In this document: piece by piece, positions 48,462 to 58,688 of the stretch
How the letters are laid out: every line of letters begins with the position of its first letter
Numbering within the stretch: position 1 is the stretch's first letter
Assembly (NCBI GenBank): GCA_945903265.1
Contig: CAMDNQ010000016.1
Span: 6,075 to 70,074 of the forward strand
Source: Candidatus Sulfopaludibacter sp. SbA3
GTDB taxonomy: Bacteria > Acidobacteriota > Vicinamibacteria > Vicinamibacterales > UBA2999
Direction of reading: 5' to 3'
Length of the DNA: 64,000 nucleotides
Made by a program: the position numbers and the translations under genes
Notes under the pieces: model-generated
The model's database searches: none
Told to the model about the DNA's origin: nothing
Seen by the model: only the letters and a program-made list of their open reading frames with translations

Positions 48462-49409
48462 TCAGTCCTCTTCGACCAGCGCGGCCGCAAGAAGGGGAAT
48501 CAGCACTTCATGGTGGCCGATCAGCGAGATCCCGGCCCCGCGGGTCCCGGCGACCGGCCGGGCCACGACGTTCGTCTGGGGACGATACATCCGGAGAAAA
48601 TCGAGATTGACCGTGGTCAGGTCGTCGAGCGGGATGCCCTGGTTGCGCACCAGCGCGACCGCCTTCAGGAACACCTCGGGCAGGATGACAGCCGATCCGC
48701 AGTTCAGATACACCCCCCCTTCGAGCCGCCGCACGCACGACGTGAAGTACCGGAAATCGCGGAGGCTTGCCTCGCCAATAGCGGCACCCGACGCTGCCGG
48801 ATGCATGTGGATGATGTCTGTCCCGATGGCGACATGGACCGTGAGTGGGATGCCGTGTCGATGAGCGGCAACCGCGATGCTGTGATCGGCATGCGGCGCG
48901 TTGCGTTGCGCGAGAAACGCCGCAACCGCCTGCCCGAGCCCCTGCTGCCGCTCCACGCCGCGTCGAATCGCCTCGTTCAGCAGAAGCGCGGTTTCCTCCG
49001 CCATTCCGAAACGGCCGGGGCCGAGCGCCTCGTCCACGTCCTCGGACGTCCCCCCGGACAGCGCAATTTCGAAGTCGTGGATGATCCCGGCGCCATTCAC
49101 CGCGATGGCGGAGACCCAGCCGCGCCGCATCAGATCAATCAGCACGGGAGAGAGACCGGTCTTGATGACGTGTGCCCCGAGCCCCCACACAATGCCTGCA
49201 CCCCTCCGGCGCGCCTCGACGATTGCGCGAACGACCTTCCGCAGATCGCTGCCGCCGAGAATCGCCGGCAGCGACTCGAACCAGTTCTTGAATGTGCCGC
49301 CCCGCTCGACGGGCCTCGCACAATCGCTGATCCGCGTCTTGCTGACCCTCGACTGCAGTGGATAGGTGCGAACCCCCGACAGGTCGAACTCCTCATAGGG
49401 GAATGGCAT
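48462..49409 (-). CDS. deoxyhypusine-synthase-like family protein (tentative)
   Basis: The G.G..I..GL......L...G.V..I..NGAG.IHD pattern resembles the NAD-binding core of DHS-like proteins. Recalled similarity only. Confidence 0.35.
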   Translation of the reverse strand: MPFPYEEFDLSGVRTYPLQSRVSKTRISDCARPVERGGTFKNWFESLPAILGGSDLRKVVRAIVEARRRGAGIVWGLGAHVIKTGLSPVLIDLMRRGWVSAIAVNGAGIIHDFEIALSGGTSEDVDEALGPGRFGMAEETALLLNEAIRRGVERQQGLGQAVAAFLAQRNAPHADHSIAVAAHRHGIPLTVHVAIGTDIIHMHPAASGAAIGEASLRDFRYFTSCVRRLEGGVYLNCGSAVILPEVFLKAVALVRNQGIPLDDLTTVNLDFLRMYRPQTNVVARPVAGTRGAGISLIGHHEVLIPLLAAALVEED

Positions 49410-49416
49410 AGGGCCA

Positions 49417-50463
49417 CTAAAGTATCAGCATCGCGTCGCCATAGCTGTAGAAGCGGTACCCCTGCTCCACCGCTGCGCGGTACGCATCCAGAATCCGCTC
49501 GCGTCCGGCGAACGCAGCCACCAGCACGAGAAGCGATGACTGCGGGAGGTGAAAGTTCGTGACCAGGCCGTCGACAAGGCGGAACTCGTGGCCAGGCCGG
49601 ATGAAGAGATTGGTTTCGCCGGCACGAGGTTGTATCTCCCCTCCGCCGCTTTCGCTCAACGATTCCAGCACGCGCACCGTCGTCGTCCCGACGGCAATGA
49701 TGCGGCGGCCCTCGGCGCGTGCCCGCGTCAGCGCAGCGGCTGCCTCCGCGTCGACGGTGTATCGCTCGGGATCGACGACGTGCTCTTCAATCCGCTCCGC
49801 GCGAATCGGCTTGAACGTGCCGTAGCCGACATGGAGCGTGATTTCAGCGCGCTCGATGCCGCGCGCGGAAAGGTCGTCAAGCACATCGTCCGTGAAATGA
49901 AGACCAGCCGTCGGAGCCGCGATCGAGCCGGTCTCGCGCGCGTAAACCGTCTGATATCGCTCGCGATCGGACGGGCGGTCGTCACGCCTGATATACGGCG
50001 GCAGCGGAATATGGCCTATCCGCTCAATCGCCGCGCCGATGTCCGACCCGTCTTCGGTCCAGAGCCGGACGCTCCGTCGCCCGAAGAATCGCCGCGCCAG
50101 CACTTCGCCGAACAGGCGCGACCCGTCGCGTTCCAGAACGATGCGTGCACCTTCCTTGAGCCGTTGCCCGGGGTGCACGAGCGCTTCCCAAGTGCCGTCG
50201 CCTTCATCGCGCAGCAGCAGGCATTCGACAGCTCCGCCGCCGGGCAGCCGCGTCCCCAGTAGCCGCGCGGGAAATACCTTCGTATTGTTCAGGACGAGGA
50301 GATCGCCCGGGCGCAGGTGCTCTGCGAGTCGCCGGAACCGCGAGTGTTCCAGCGTCCCACCCTGGCGCGCCACCACCATCAGCCGCGATTCGCCCCGTTG
50401 CGCTGGCGGTTCCTGCGCGATCAGCTCATCAGGAAGATCAAACCCGAACTCCACGACGTCCAT
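49417..50463 (-). CDS. queA: S-adenosylmethionine:tRNA ribosyltransferase-isomerase
   Basis: FDLPDELIAQEP N-terminus, TAGLHFT and VGTT..R.LES motifs. Confidence 0.92.
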   Translation of the reverse strand: MDVVEFGFDLPDELIAQEPPAQRGESRLMVVARQGGTLEHSRFRRLAEHLRPGDLLVLNNTKVFPARLLGTRLPGGGAVECLLLRDEGDGTWEALVHPGQRLKEGARIVLERDGSRLFGEVLARRFFGRRSVRLWTEDGSDIGAAIERIGHIPLPPYIRRDDRPSDRERYQTVYARETGSIAAPTAGLHFTDDVLDDLSARGIERAEITLHVGYGTFKPIRAERIEEHVVDPERYTVDAEAAAALTRARAEGRRIIAVGTTTVRVLESLSESGGGEIQPRAGETNLFIRPGHEFRLVDGLVTNFHLPQSSLLVLVAAFAGRERILDAYRAAVEQGYRFYSYGDAMLIL

Positions 50464-50521
50464 CCGTCACGACTGTATCTCAGCCGCTTTCCGTGGTTCT
50501 GCTCTTGCAACCGAGCCGTAT

Positions 50522-51433
50522 GTGTACGACACCGTTATCGTCGGGGGAGGCCCCGCGGGGCTGAGCGCCGCGCTGATGCTCGGCCGCTGCCGCCGACGGG
50601 TGCTGCTATGCGATACCGGCACGCCGCGTAACTCACGCGCCCGCGCGCTTCATGGCTTCCTGACGCGCGACGGCGTGCCGCCGCTCGATCTGCTCGCCAT
50701 GGGCCGTGAGGAGCTGAAACAGTACGGCATCGAATCCAGGCGCATCGCGGTGACGGGGATCAAGCCTTCGTCAGAGGCCTTCGAGGTCCAGCTGGCCGAC
50801 AACTCGACCGTGCGTACGCTGACCGTCCTGCTGGCCTCCGGGATCTGCGACGACCTCCCTGGCATTCCAGGGCTCGCCGATTGTTTCGGCACGTCAGTGC
50901 ATCACTGTCCCTATTGCGACGGCTGGGAGGTACGCGACCGGCCACTGGTGGTGATTGGCCAGCGTTCAAAGGCGGCGGGCCTCGCCCTGGCCTTGAAAAC
51001 GTGGACGGACTCGGTAGTCCTCTGTTCGCACGGGCCGGCCGGCCTTCGCCGGGCGCAGCGGGAGCAACTTGCCGCTCACGGGATCGAGATCGACGAGCGG
51101 GTGGTCGCGAGCGTCGATCATGCTGATGGGCGCGTTCGGCAGCTTCGCTTCGACGATGACGCCAGCCGTCACTGCGACGCGATCTTCATCGCCGGCGGCC
51201 AGCGGCAGCAATCCGACCTCGCGGGTCAGATCGGATGTTTGCCCACGCGCGATGGACTCGTGAAGACCGACCACCTGGGACAGACGTGCGTACCGGGCGT
51301 CTACGTGGTCGGCGACGCCTCACGCGATGTGCAGTTCGTCGTCGTCGCGGCTGCCGAGGGTGCGAAGGCGGCGGTCGGGATCAACAAGGCGTTGCAGGCA
51401 CGGGCGGGCCTCGCGGTGAAGAAAGACGGATAA
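50522..51433 (+). CDS. thioredoxin-reductase-like NAD(P)/FAD-dependent oxidoreductase
   Basis: DTVIVGGGPAGLSAAL FAD motif and a redox CPYC motif. GTG start at 50522; the upstream part of the track ORF is antisense to queA. Confidence 0.8.
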   Translation: MYDTVIVGGGPAGLSAALMLGRCRRRVLLCDTGTPRNSRARALHGFLTRDGVPPLDLLAMGREELKQYGIESRRIAVTGIKPSSEAFEVQLADNSTVRTLTVLLASGICDDLPGIPGLADCFGTSVHHCPYCDGWEVRDRPLVVIGQRSKAAGLALALKTWTDSVVLCSHGPAGLRRAQREQLAAHGIEIDERVVASVDHADGRVRQLRFDDDASRHCDAIFIAGGQRQQSDLAGQIGCLPTRDGLVKTDHLGQTCVPGVYVVGDASRDVQFVVVAAAEGAKAAVGINKALQARAGLAVKKDG

Positions 51434-51437
51434 CGGG

Positions 51438-52580
51438 ATGCGGGAACGCCTCAAGCAGGTCTTTCAGGCGCCGGCCGATCCGGATGTCGCGACCGCGCGA
51501 ATCAGACATTCCCCAGCCGACATCTCGCTGGTGATTCTCGCGGTGTGCGGCCTGATGGCGGTTCTCTACTGGGCGCAGGAGGTCTTCATCCCCATCGTGC
51601 TCAGCATCCTCATCAGCTATGCACTCGAGCCGCTGGTCCGTGGACTGACCCGGCTATGGGTGCCGCGCCTGATCGCGTCGGGGCTCGTCGTGCTCGCCTT
51701 TACCGGTGCGCTGGCGTACGGCGCGTACGCGTTCTCCGATGACGTGGCGCGGCTCGTCGCGGAAATTCCGGAAGCCGCGGTCCAGTTGCGGCAGACGCTC
51801 CGCAGCGACGAACCTGGTGCGATCCAGAAGGTCCAGGAGGCGGCGCGCGAGCTTCAGCGCACCGCGGACGAAGCGGCCGGACCGAATCCGGCTCCTCGCG
51901 GCGTGCAGCGCGTCCAGATCGAACAGCCGGCCATTGACCTGCGGGCGTACGTGTCGTGGGGATCGGCGGGCGCGATTGCCTTCGCCGGGCAGGCCACGCT
52001 CATCTTTTTCTTCGTGTTCTTCCTGCTGGCGTCGGGCGATCTCTTCAAGCGCAAATTCGTGAGCATCGCAGGACCGTCGCTCGCCGCGAAGAGAGTGACG
52101 GTCCAGGTCCTGGACGACATCAACCGACAGATCGAGCGCTTCCTCATCGTTCGTGTCGTCACGAGCGTCGTCGTCGCGCTGGCGACGTGGGGAGCCTTCG
52201 TATTCGTCGGACTGCACCAGGCACTCCTCTTTGGCATGGCGGCCGGCGTTTTTAACAGCGTTCCGTATTTCGGACCGGTGATCGTCGCCGCGGGAACTTT
52301 CATCGTGGCGTTTATTCAGTTCGATTCGATCACCATGGCGTCCTACGTGGCCGGCATCTCACTGGCGATTACCGCGCTCGAGGGCTGGCTGCTGACGCCG
52401 TGGCTCACGAGCAGGACGGCGCGCACCAATGAGATCGCGGTGTTCGTGGGACTGATCTTCTGGTCGTTCGTGTGGGGAATCTGGGGAACACTGCTGGCCG
52501 TGCCGATGCTCGTGGCGTTCAAAGCCTTCTGCGATCACATCGAAGGCCTCAAGCCCGTCGGGGAGCTGCTCGGCGAGTAG
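51438..52580 (+). CDS. AI-2E family transporter (PerM-like)
   Basis: Eight-TM profile with a conserved C-terminal ...GL.G..LAVP... region. Confidence 0.8.
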   Translation: MRERLKQVFQAPADPDVATARIRHSPADISLVILAVCGLMAVLYWAQEVFIPIVLSILISYALEPLVRGLTRLWVPRLIASGLVVLAFTGALAYGAYAFSDDVARLVAEIPEAAVQLRQTLRSDEPGAIQKVQEAARELQRTADEAAGPNPAPRGVQRVQIEQPAIDLRAYVSWGSAGAIAFAGQATLIFFFVFFLLASGDLFKRKFVSIAGPSLAAKRVTVQVLDDINRQIERFLIVRVVTSVVVALATWGAFVFVGLHQALLFGMAAGVFNSVPYFGPVIVAAGTFIVAFIQFDSITMASYVAGISLAITALEGWLLTPWLTSRTARTNEIAVFVGLIFWSFVWGIWGTLLAVPMLVAFKAFCDHIEGLKPVGELLGE

Positions 52581-53532
52581 ATTTCGCGGGCGCCTCGGGC
52601 TGCAGGAACGACTGCAGATCAATCCGGCCGCGCGCTGCAAGGAGCGGCTTCCAGAGATCGCCCAGTTCTTCGACGCGCGCCGGCATGTTGTCGAGTCGAA
52701 AGTCCTCCGTCCGGGCCCCCTGCGCCACTTCGTCCCACGTCAGCGGCGCCGACACCGTGGCGAGCGGCGTCGGACGAACTGAGTACACGCTGGCGAGCGT
52801 GCTCCCCCACCGATTCTGGTTGTAGTCGACCAGTACGCGGCCCGCCGGCCGCTTGGCCACCTTATACGCCGACGTCATCAGCGCCGGATGCCGGCCCGCG
52901 AGCTCGATGGCCAGCGCTTTGGCGAAGGTCCAGACCGCCTTCTGCACCGGACCACGGACGATAGGCACGTAGACGTGCATGCCTTTTGAACCGCTGGTCT
53001 TCACCAGCGGCCGCATGCCGAGCGTTTCGAGCGCCTCACGGACGATCAACGAAGACTCACGGACGCGCTCGAACGGCGCGCCGCCCGGGTCCAGATCGAA
53101 ATGCACGTAGTCCGGCCGATCGATGTCGTCACATCGGGCGTACCACTGATTGAGGTCGATGCAACCGAGGTTGATGACCCAGAGGAGGGACGGCAGATCG
53201 TCGATGACCGGGAAATCGATGATGTTGCCTGAGTCGTGCTCGATCGCGTGGGTGCGAATCCATTCGGGCCGCGGCACCGGCGCGCGCTTCATGAAGAAGA
53301 ACGGACCTGAGGCGCCGTTCGGATACCGCTTCATCACCATCGCCCGGTCGCGAATATGCGGCAACAGCGCGGCCGAGACGTCGGCGTAGTACTGAATCAG
53401 CGCGCCCTTCGTAATCCCCCGCTCCGGCCAGAACGGCTTGCGGAGGTTCGTCAGGCGCACCTCGCGGCCATTCACCGTGAGGGTGGCGTTATCGACGTCG
53501 TCGGGAATCTGAACGCGCGGGCGGCGCGGCAT
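52549..53532 (-). CDS. stand-alone LigD polymerase (primase-polymerase, AEP) domain protein
   Basis: AEP motifs VHFDLDP and TSGSKGMHVYVP, about 327 aa. No ligase or nuclease domain is attached. Confidence 0.85.
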   Translation of the reverse strand: MPRRPRVQIPDDVDNATLTVNGREVRLTNLRKPFWPERGITKGALIQYYADVSAALLPHIRDRAMVMKRYPNGASGPFFFMKRAPVPRPEWIRTHAIEHDSGNIIDFPVIDDLPSLLWVINLGCIDLNQWYARCDDIDRPDYVHFDLDPGGAPFERVRESSLIVREALETLGMRPLVKTSGSKGMHVYVPIVRGPVQKAVWTFAKALAIELAGRHPALMTSAYKVAKRPAGRVLVDYNQNRWGSTLASVYSVRPTPLATVSAPLTWDEVAQGARTEDFRLDNMPARVEELGDLWKPLLAARGRIDLQSFLQPEAPAKSTRRAAPRRA

Positions 53533-54193
53533 AGGCCGGTGTAGTGAGTGGTTCGAGTTTCGGGGGCCGCGACCCATGGCGGACGGCCCCTTCAATTGGA
53601 ACATAGTCCAGTTCGAGACCCGCGGACACGCAGCGCAGCATCAGGCCGCCGCGGCTCATGTCGCCTCTGCCGACGAAATGGATCGGGAACGTGAGCCGGC
53701 GGCCGAAGATTGGCAGCAGCACGTCGACGTACTTCCCGGATGCCACGCTGCCGAGCAGGACCACCTCGCACTCCGGACCAATGGCGTCGAGAAGGGCGAC
53801 CGACGCATCCTCGAGCGGTCTCCGGTACTTCGGGTTACGGGCATCGACATCCGCGGCAGCGAAGTCCTGGATTGAGGCGACCGTCACAAGGGTATCCACG
53901 GCGCGCAATCCTGCGTTCGGCGTGATGACCAGCACGCCGCCGGCCGCGATCGGATCCGCAGGATCTGGAGGCCTGGCAAAGCGGCGGGCATACGCGAGCT
54001 TTCCGCGAAAGTAGAGGCCGCTGACGAAACTGAATACGTCCCCGAGCGGCGCGCCCGTGCGGCTCTGGAGCGCTCTCGCCAGGTCGAATCCAGCGCGCGG
54101 CGACAACATCAGCTGTGCCCGCCGGCCGGAACAGTTCGCGGGTGAGAGCAGAAATATGCGGGAGGCTGCCGCCCTGGTCTTCCGCTTCGCCAT
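53489..54193 (-). CDS. conserved hypothetical protein (234 aa)
   Basis: Starts MAKRKTRAAASRIFLLSPANCSGRRA. TGATG overlap with the DUF4112 stop, and its 3' end overlaps the LigD-pol start by 44 nt. I recognise no family. Confidence 0.5.
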   Translation of the reverse strand: MAKRKTRAAASRIFLLSPANCSGRRAQLMLSPRAGFDLARALQSRTGAPLGDVFSFVSGLYFRGKLAYARRFARPPDPADPIAAGGVLVITPNAGLRAVDTLVTVASIQDFAAADVDARNPKYRRPLEDASVALLDAIGPECEVVLLGSVASGKYVDVLLPIFGRRLTFPIHFVGRGDMSRGGLMLRCVSAGLELDYVPIEGAVRHGSRPPKLEPLTTPAYAAPPARSDSRRRR

Positions 54194-54693
54194 CAGAAAA
54201 GACGCCCGCCAATCGCCGCCAGCGCCCAACCCGCTACGACGAACGGAATGGCGGCAACCGCGATCACGAGCAGCGTCAGGACCACGACGAACAACCAGTC
54301 TCCCGCCGACGCCCGATAGCCTTGTTCCGAGTGACGCTCCAGCAGCGCGAGATTCTTGAGGTTCGCCTTCCAGACAAAGTCGAAGAGATCTCCGAAGAGC
54401 GGCACGGCGCCGACGATCGCATCGATGGCGATGTTGAACAGCATCCGTATCTGGACGATCTTCGGGACGCCGAGGTCGTAGGCCTGCCACAGGATGCCGA
54501 GGCCGAAGATTGGCGAAATCAGGTCTCCGAGGCCGGGGACCAGACCCAGCACGGGATCGAGACCGACGCGATAGGACGTGCCGGGAACGGTGACCGCGGA
54601 GTCGAGAAACCGGGCGACGCGGCGAAGGACCTCGAGCCGTGCGAGTTGCGCCGCTGAAAGTGGTTGCGTCCGGGCAGCGCGGGGCGAGGCCAT
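54193..54693 (-). CDS. DUF4112 domain-containing membrane protein
   Basis: LD....VPGT..R.GLDP..GL.PG.GD and F..VWKAN..N..LL motifs. Start is either 54693 or 54750. Confidence 0.7.
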   Translation of the reverse strand: MASPRAARTQPLSAAQLARLEVLRRVARFLDSAVTVPGTSYRVGLDPVLGLVPGLGDLISPIFGLGILWQAYDLGVPKIVQIRMLFNIAIDAIVGAVPLFGDLFDFVWKANLKNLALLERHSEQGYRASAGDWLFVVVLTLLVIAVAAIPFVVAGWALAAIGGRLF

Positions 54694-54740
54694 GCCCCCA
54701 GCGTAACGCGTCCCTTTGCCTTTTGACCTTTGCCCTTCGC

Positions 54741-55751
54741 CTATCCCCACCTCATCAGCACGGATCCGACGGTGTACCCGGCCCCGACGGACACGAGTAC
54801 GAGGAGATCGCCCTTCTTCACACGGTTCTGTTCGATCGCGTCGTTGAGCGCCAGGGGAATTGTCGCGGCGGTCGTGTTGCCGAACCGTTCGATGTTGATG
54901 ATCACTTTCTCGGGGGGCACGCTGAGCTTCTCGGCGGCCGACATGATGATGCGGCGATTGGCCTGGTGGGAAATGAACAACGCCACATCGTCGGCGCTGA
55001 CATTATTGCGTTCCATGATCCGGCGGCAGGCCTCTTCGGTGTTTCGCACGGCAAACCTGAACACCGCCTGCCCGTCCTGCTTCACGTAGTGCATCCGCTG
55101 ATCGACGGTCTCCTTGCTTGCCGGCCGGAGGCTGCCGCCGGCGGGCATGCACAGCGCCTCGCCGCCGTGGCCGTCGATGTAGTTCTCGAAATCGAGCATG
55201 CCGATCCCGGGCTCGTCCGTCGCCTCGACAATCGCGGCACCGGCGCCGTCGCCGAACAGGACGCAGGTGGTGCGATCCGTGTAGTCGATGATGCTCGACA
55301 TTACGTCGGCGCCAATCACCAGCGCGCGTTTGCTGCCTCCGCTCATGACCAGGTGGGCGGCAGTCGTGAGGGCGTAGGTAAAACCCGAACAGGCGGCGAA
55401 CAGATCGAATCCCCACGCGGAGGTCGCGCCAATCTTGTCCTGCACGCGGCAGGCGGTGCTGGGGAAGAGCGTGTCAGGCGTGGTGGTGGCCACGACAATG
55501 AAATCGATGTCGGCGGCCGTCAGACCGGCTTTGGCCAGCGCCCGCTTCGACGCTTCCGCGGCGAGATCAGAGGTGGCCACGCCTTCGTCAACGATATGGC
55601 GCTCGCGAATGCCGGTTCGCTGCAGGATCCACTCGTCGCTCGTGTTGACCATCTTCTCGAGCTCCGCGTTCGTCAGCACGCGCGGCGGGACGTACGTCGC
55701 GAGGCTTGAGATTCGCGCGCGAAGCGGGATGTGCGGCTTGACGCTTACCAC
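54741..55751 (-). CDS. fabH: beta-ketoacyl-ACP synthase III
   Basis: Active-site AACSGF Cys, HQAN and GNTSAA-like (GNTTAATIP) motifs. Confidence 0.92.
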   Translation of the reverse strand: MVSVKPHIPLRARISSLATYVPPRVLTNAELEKMVNTSDEWILQRTGIRERHIVDEGVATSDLAAEASKRALAKAGLTAADIDFIVVATTTPDTLFPSTACRVQDKIGATSAWGFDLFAACSGFTYALTTAAHLVMSGGSKRALVIGADVMSSIIDYTDRTTCVLFGDGAGAAIVEATDEPGIGMLDFENYIDGHGGEALCMPAGGSLRPASKETVDQRMHYVKQDGQAVFRFAVRNTEEACRRIMERNNVSADDVALFISHQANRRIIMSAAEKLSVPPEKVIINIERFGNTTAATIPLALNDAIEQNRVKKGDLLVLVSVGAGYTVGSVLMRWG

Positions 55752-56761
55752 AGACGGGAATCCTTCTCTGGAGGCTGGAGTCCGAAATATTCGTAGGCGC
55801 GCGCGGTCGCCACGCGCCCGCGCGGCGTGCGATCGAGGAACCCGGCCTGTATCAGGAACGGCTCGTACATGTCTTCGATCGCGTCTTTCTCTTCATGAAT
55901 CGCCGCGGCAAGGCTGTTCACGCCTACCGGCCCGCCGCTGAACTTGTCGATGATGGTCCGCAGCAGCTTGCGATCGACCTCGTCGAATCCGTGATCGTCG
56001 ACTTCGAGCAGCTTGAGGGCGGCGTTCGCGACGTCCAGCGTCACCCGTCCATCCGCGCGCACCTGCGCGTAGTCCCTCACCCGGCGCAGCAGCCTGTTGG
56101 CAATGCGTGGCGTGCCCCGCGATCGGCGCGCAATTTCCCGGCCGGCGTCTTCGTCCACGGGAATGTCGAGAATGCGGGCCGAGCGGCGCACGATCTCGTG
56201 AATGTCACGTTCTTCGTAGAAATCGAGCCGATGCACGATGCCGAACCGTGCGCGCAACGGGGCTGACAGAAGTCCAGCGCGGGTCGTGGCGCCAATCAGC
56301 GTGAATTTCTGCAGCGGCACCTTGACCGATCGCGCGCTCGGACCCTGGCCAATGACGATGTCGAGCTCGTAATCCTCCATGGCGGGATAGAGGATCTCTT
56401 CGATCGCCGGCGCCATCCGGTGGATCTCGTCGATGAACAGCACCTCGTGCTGCTGCAGATTGGTCAGCATGGCTGCCAGGTCGCCGGCCTTTTCAATCAC
56501 CGGACCGGCGGTGGCGCGCACCGGTACGCCCATCTCGTTGCCGATGACGTACGCGAGCGTTGTCTTGCCGAGGCCGGGCGGTCCGTACACCAGCACGTGA
56601 TCCAGTGCCTCGCCGCGCCCGCGCGCGGCCGCGATCGATACGGTGAGGTTGTCGCGGACGCGGTCCTGGCCGATGTACTCGTTCAGCGTGCGGGGGCGAA
56701 GTCCCGCGTCGTACTGCGCGTCGTCCTCAGCCCCTGCGGCGGCGATCACCCGGTCGGTCAC
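55745..56761 (-). CDS. ruvB: Holliday junction branch migration helicase RuvB
   Basis: GPPGLGKTT Walker A, FIDEIHR, and the C-terminal winged helix. Confidence 0.95.
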   Translation of the reverse strand: MTDRVIAAAGAEDDAQYDAGLRPRTLNEYIGQDRVRDNLTVSIAAARGRGEALDHVLVYGPPGLGKTTLAYVIGNEMGVPVRATAGPVIEKAGDLAAMLTNLQQHEVLFIDEIHRMAPAIEEILYPAMEDYELDIVIGQGPSARSVKVPLQKFTLIGATTRAGLLSAPLRARFGIVHRLDFYEERDIHEIVRRSARILDIPVDEDAGREIARRSRGTPRIANRLLRRVRDYAQVRADGRVTLDVANAALKLLEVDDHGFDEVDRKLLRTIIDKFSGGPVGVNSLAAAIHEEKDAIEDMYEPFLIQAGFLDRTPRGRVATARAYEYFGLQPPEKDSRLW

Positions 56762-57360
56762 CGCATCAGCTCCCGCAGCGCACCTCGAAGGGCCTGCTCG
56801 AATGTGGGGTCTTCGGACTTCGCCAGCGTCGCGTCGACGGCCTTCTCAGCAAGCGGCCGATGATAGCCCAGATTCTGCAGCGCGGAGAGCAGGTCGTCGC
56901 GCAGCCGATTGCCCGTCGCCGCGGCGGCCGACGCGGCGCCGACAGGAACGGCAGCCATCTGAGAGAGACGATCCTTCAATTCCAGCACGATGCGCTCGGC
57001 GGTCTTCTTGCCGACGCCGGGAATGGTCGTGAGCCGCGCGACGTCAGCACGCTGAATTGCCGAGACGAGCTCGACTGGCTCGATTCCCGACAACACCGCG
57101 ATGCCAAGCTTGGGCCCGATGCCGCTGATGGAAATCAGCCGCTCGAACAACTGCTCTTCGAGGGCGGTGAGAAAGCCATACAGCTGAAGGGCATCTTCAC
57201 GCACGTGCGTGTGAATCCGCAGCGCCGCTTCAGCCCCCGCTTCGCCGGCGTCGTAGTAAGTGGACAGCGGCACGTGGACTTCGTAGCCGACACCCTGGAC
57301 GTCGATGACGATCAGATTCGGCTGCTTGTCGATGATCTGGCCACGGAGGAATGCGATCAT
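56758..57360 (-). CDS. ruvA: Holliday junction DNA helicase subunit RuvA
   Basis: MIAFLRGQI....[13 protein letters not shown] and HhH motifs. ATGA overlap with the ruvC stop. Confidence 0.9.
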   Translation of the reverse strand: MIAFLRGQIIDKQPNLIVIDVQGVGYEVHVPLSTYYDAGEAGAEAALRIHTHVREDALQLYGFLTALEEQLFERLISISGIGPKLGIAVLSGIEPVELVSAIQRADVARLTTIPGVGKKTAERIVLELKDRLSQMAAVPVGAASAAAATGNRLRDDLLSALQNLGYHRPLAEKAVDATLAKSEDPTFEQALRGALRELMR

Positions 57361-57914
57361 CCTGCCGTCGGAGGGCGGTACTCGCGCCAGCTGCGCGCTT
57401 TGCGGCCGGAGGGCGACGGCACGGAGACGGCCTTCAGCCCCGCCGGTGCCATCGAATGCAGATGACAGATCGCGACCGCCAGCGCATCGGCAGCATCGTG
57501 CGGCGATGGGGGCTGCGCCAGCCCGAGCAGCAGCTTGATCATCTGCTGCACCTGGTGCTTCTCGGCACGGCCGTAGCCGACGACGGCTCGTTTGATTTCT
57601 GCAGGGGTGTACTCGACGACCTGGCACCCGGCCTCGACCGCGGCCAGCACCGCCACGCCGCGCGCGTGTCCGAGCTTCAGCGCACTGCGGACATTCACGG
57701 AATAAAAGAGGCTTTCCACGGCGACGCAGTCGGGGTGGCAGTCCGTGATGACCTTGAGCAGTTCACGATGGATGCGGGCGAGGCGCTGGGGAAAGGGATC
57801 CGCAGCCGATGCTGAAATTGCGCCGCAGGTGACCAGGCGAGTGACGCGGCCGTCCGTCTCCACGCAACCATAACCGGTGCGCTCGGAGCCCGGATCGATG
57901 CCGAATATTCTCAC
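57357..57914 (-). CDS. ruvC: crossover junction endodeoxyribonuclease RuvC
   Basis: RIFGIDPGS..TGYG catalytic Asp motif. GTG start at 57914, just after the yebC stop. Confidence 0.9.
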   Translation of the reverse strand: MRIFGIDPGSERTGYGCVETDGRVTRLVTCGAISASAADPFPQRLARIHRELLKVITDCHPDCVAVESLFYSVNVRSALKLGHARGVAVLAAVEAGCQVVEYTPAEIKRAVVGYGRAEKHQVQQMIKLLLGLAQPPSPHDAADALAVAICHLHSMAPAGLKAVSVPSPSGRKARSWREYRPPTAG

Positions 57915-58660
57915 GCGAGCGAGGCCTCGATCTCCTTCTCTTCGACGTCGAAGTTCGCCCACACGTGCTGCACGTCGTCGTGGTCCTCGATGGCTTCCAT
58001 CAGCTTCAGCATCTGCTGCGCTTCCTTGCCGACGAGCTTCACGTAATTTTTCGGCACCATCGCGATCGCCGCACTCGCCGGCTCGATGCCCAGCGCCTTC
58101 ACCGCGTCGCGGACGGCTTCGAACTGCTCGGGGGGACTCACAATTTCCCAGACGCTGCCGTCGTCATTCATATCGTCGGCGCCGGCGTCGAGCGCCGCGG
58201 CCAGCAGCTTGTCCTCGTCAACGGTCCCCTTCTCGACGATGACCTCGCCCTTTCGGGAGAACAACCACGCGACGCTGTTCTCGGCTGCGAGGTTGCCGTT
58301 GTGCTTGCCGAGCATGAAGCGGACCTCGCCCACCGTCCGGTTCTTGTTATCGGTGAGCGTCTCGATCAGCAGCGCCACGCCACCGGGACCGTACGCTTCG
58401 TACGTGACCTCCTCGTACGTCACGCCCGGTTCCTCGCCGGTCCCGCGGCGGATCGCTCGATCGATGTTTTCGCGCGGCATGTTGTTCGCCTTGGCATCGG
58501 CGACAATCGTGCGCAGGCGCGGGTTCATCTCAGGATCGCCGCCGCCGCTGCGCGCGGCGACCGTCAGTTCCTTGATGATCCGGGTGAAGACCTTGCCGCG
58601 CTTCGCGTCAGCGGCACCCTTCTTGTGCTTAATCGTGTGCCACTTGGAATGGCCAGACAT
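57911..58660 (-). CDS. YebC/PmpR family DNA-binding transcriptional regulator
   Basis: MSGHSKWHTIKHKKG..DAKRGK.F N-terminus. Confidence 0.93.
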   Translation of the reverse strand: MSGHSKWHTIKHKKGAADAKRGKVFTRIIKELTVAARSGGGDPEMNPRLRTIVADAKANNMPRENIDRAIRRGTGEEPGVTYEEVTYEAYGPGGVALLIETLTDNKNRTVGEVRFMLGKHNGNLAAENSVAWLFSRKGEVIVEKGTVDEDKLLAAALDAGADDMNDDGSVWEIVSPPEQFEAVRDAVKALGIEPASAAIAMVPKNYVKLVGKEAQQMLKLMEAIEDHDDVQHVWANFDVEEKEIEASLA

Positions 58661-58688
58661 GTCAAAACTCCAGAAACAAAGCTGAATT

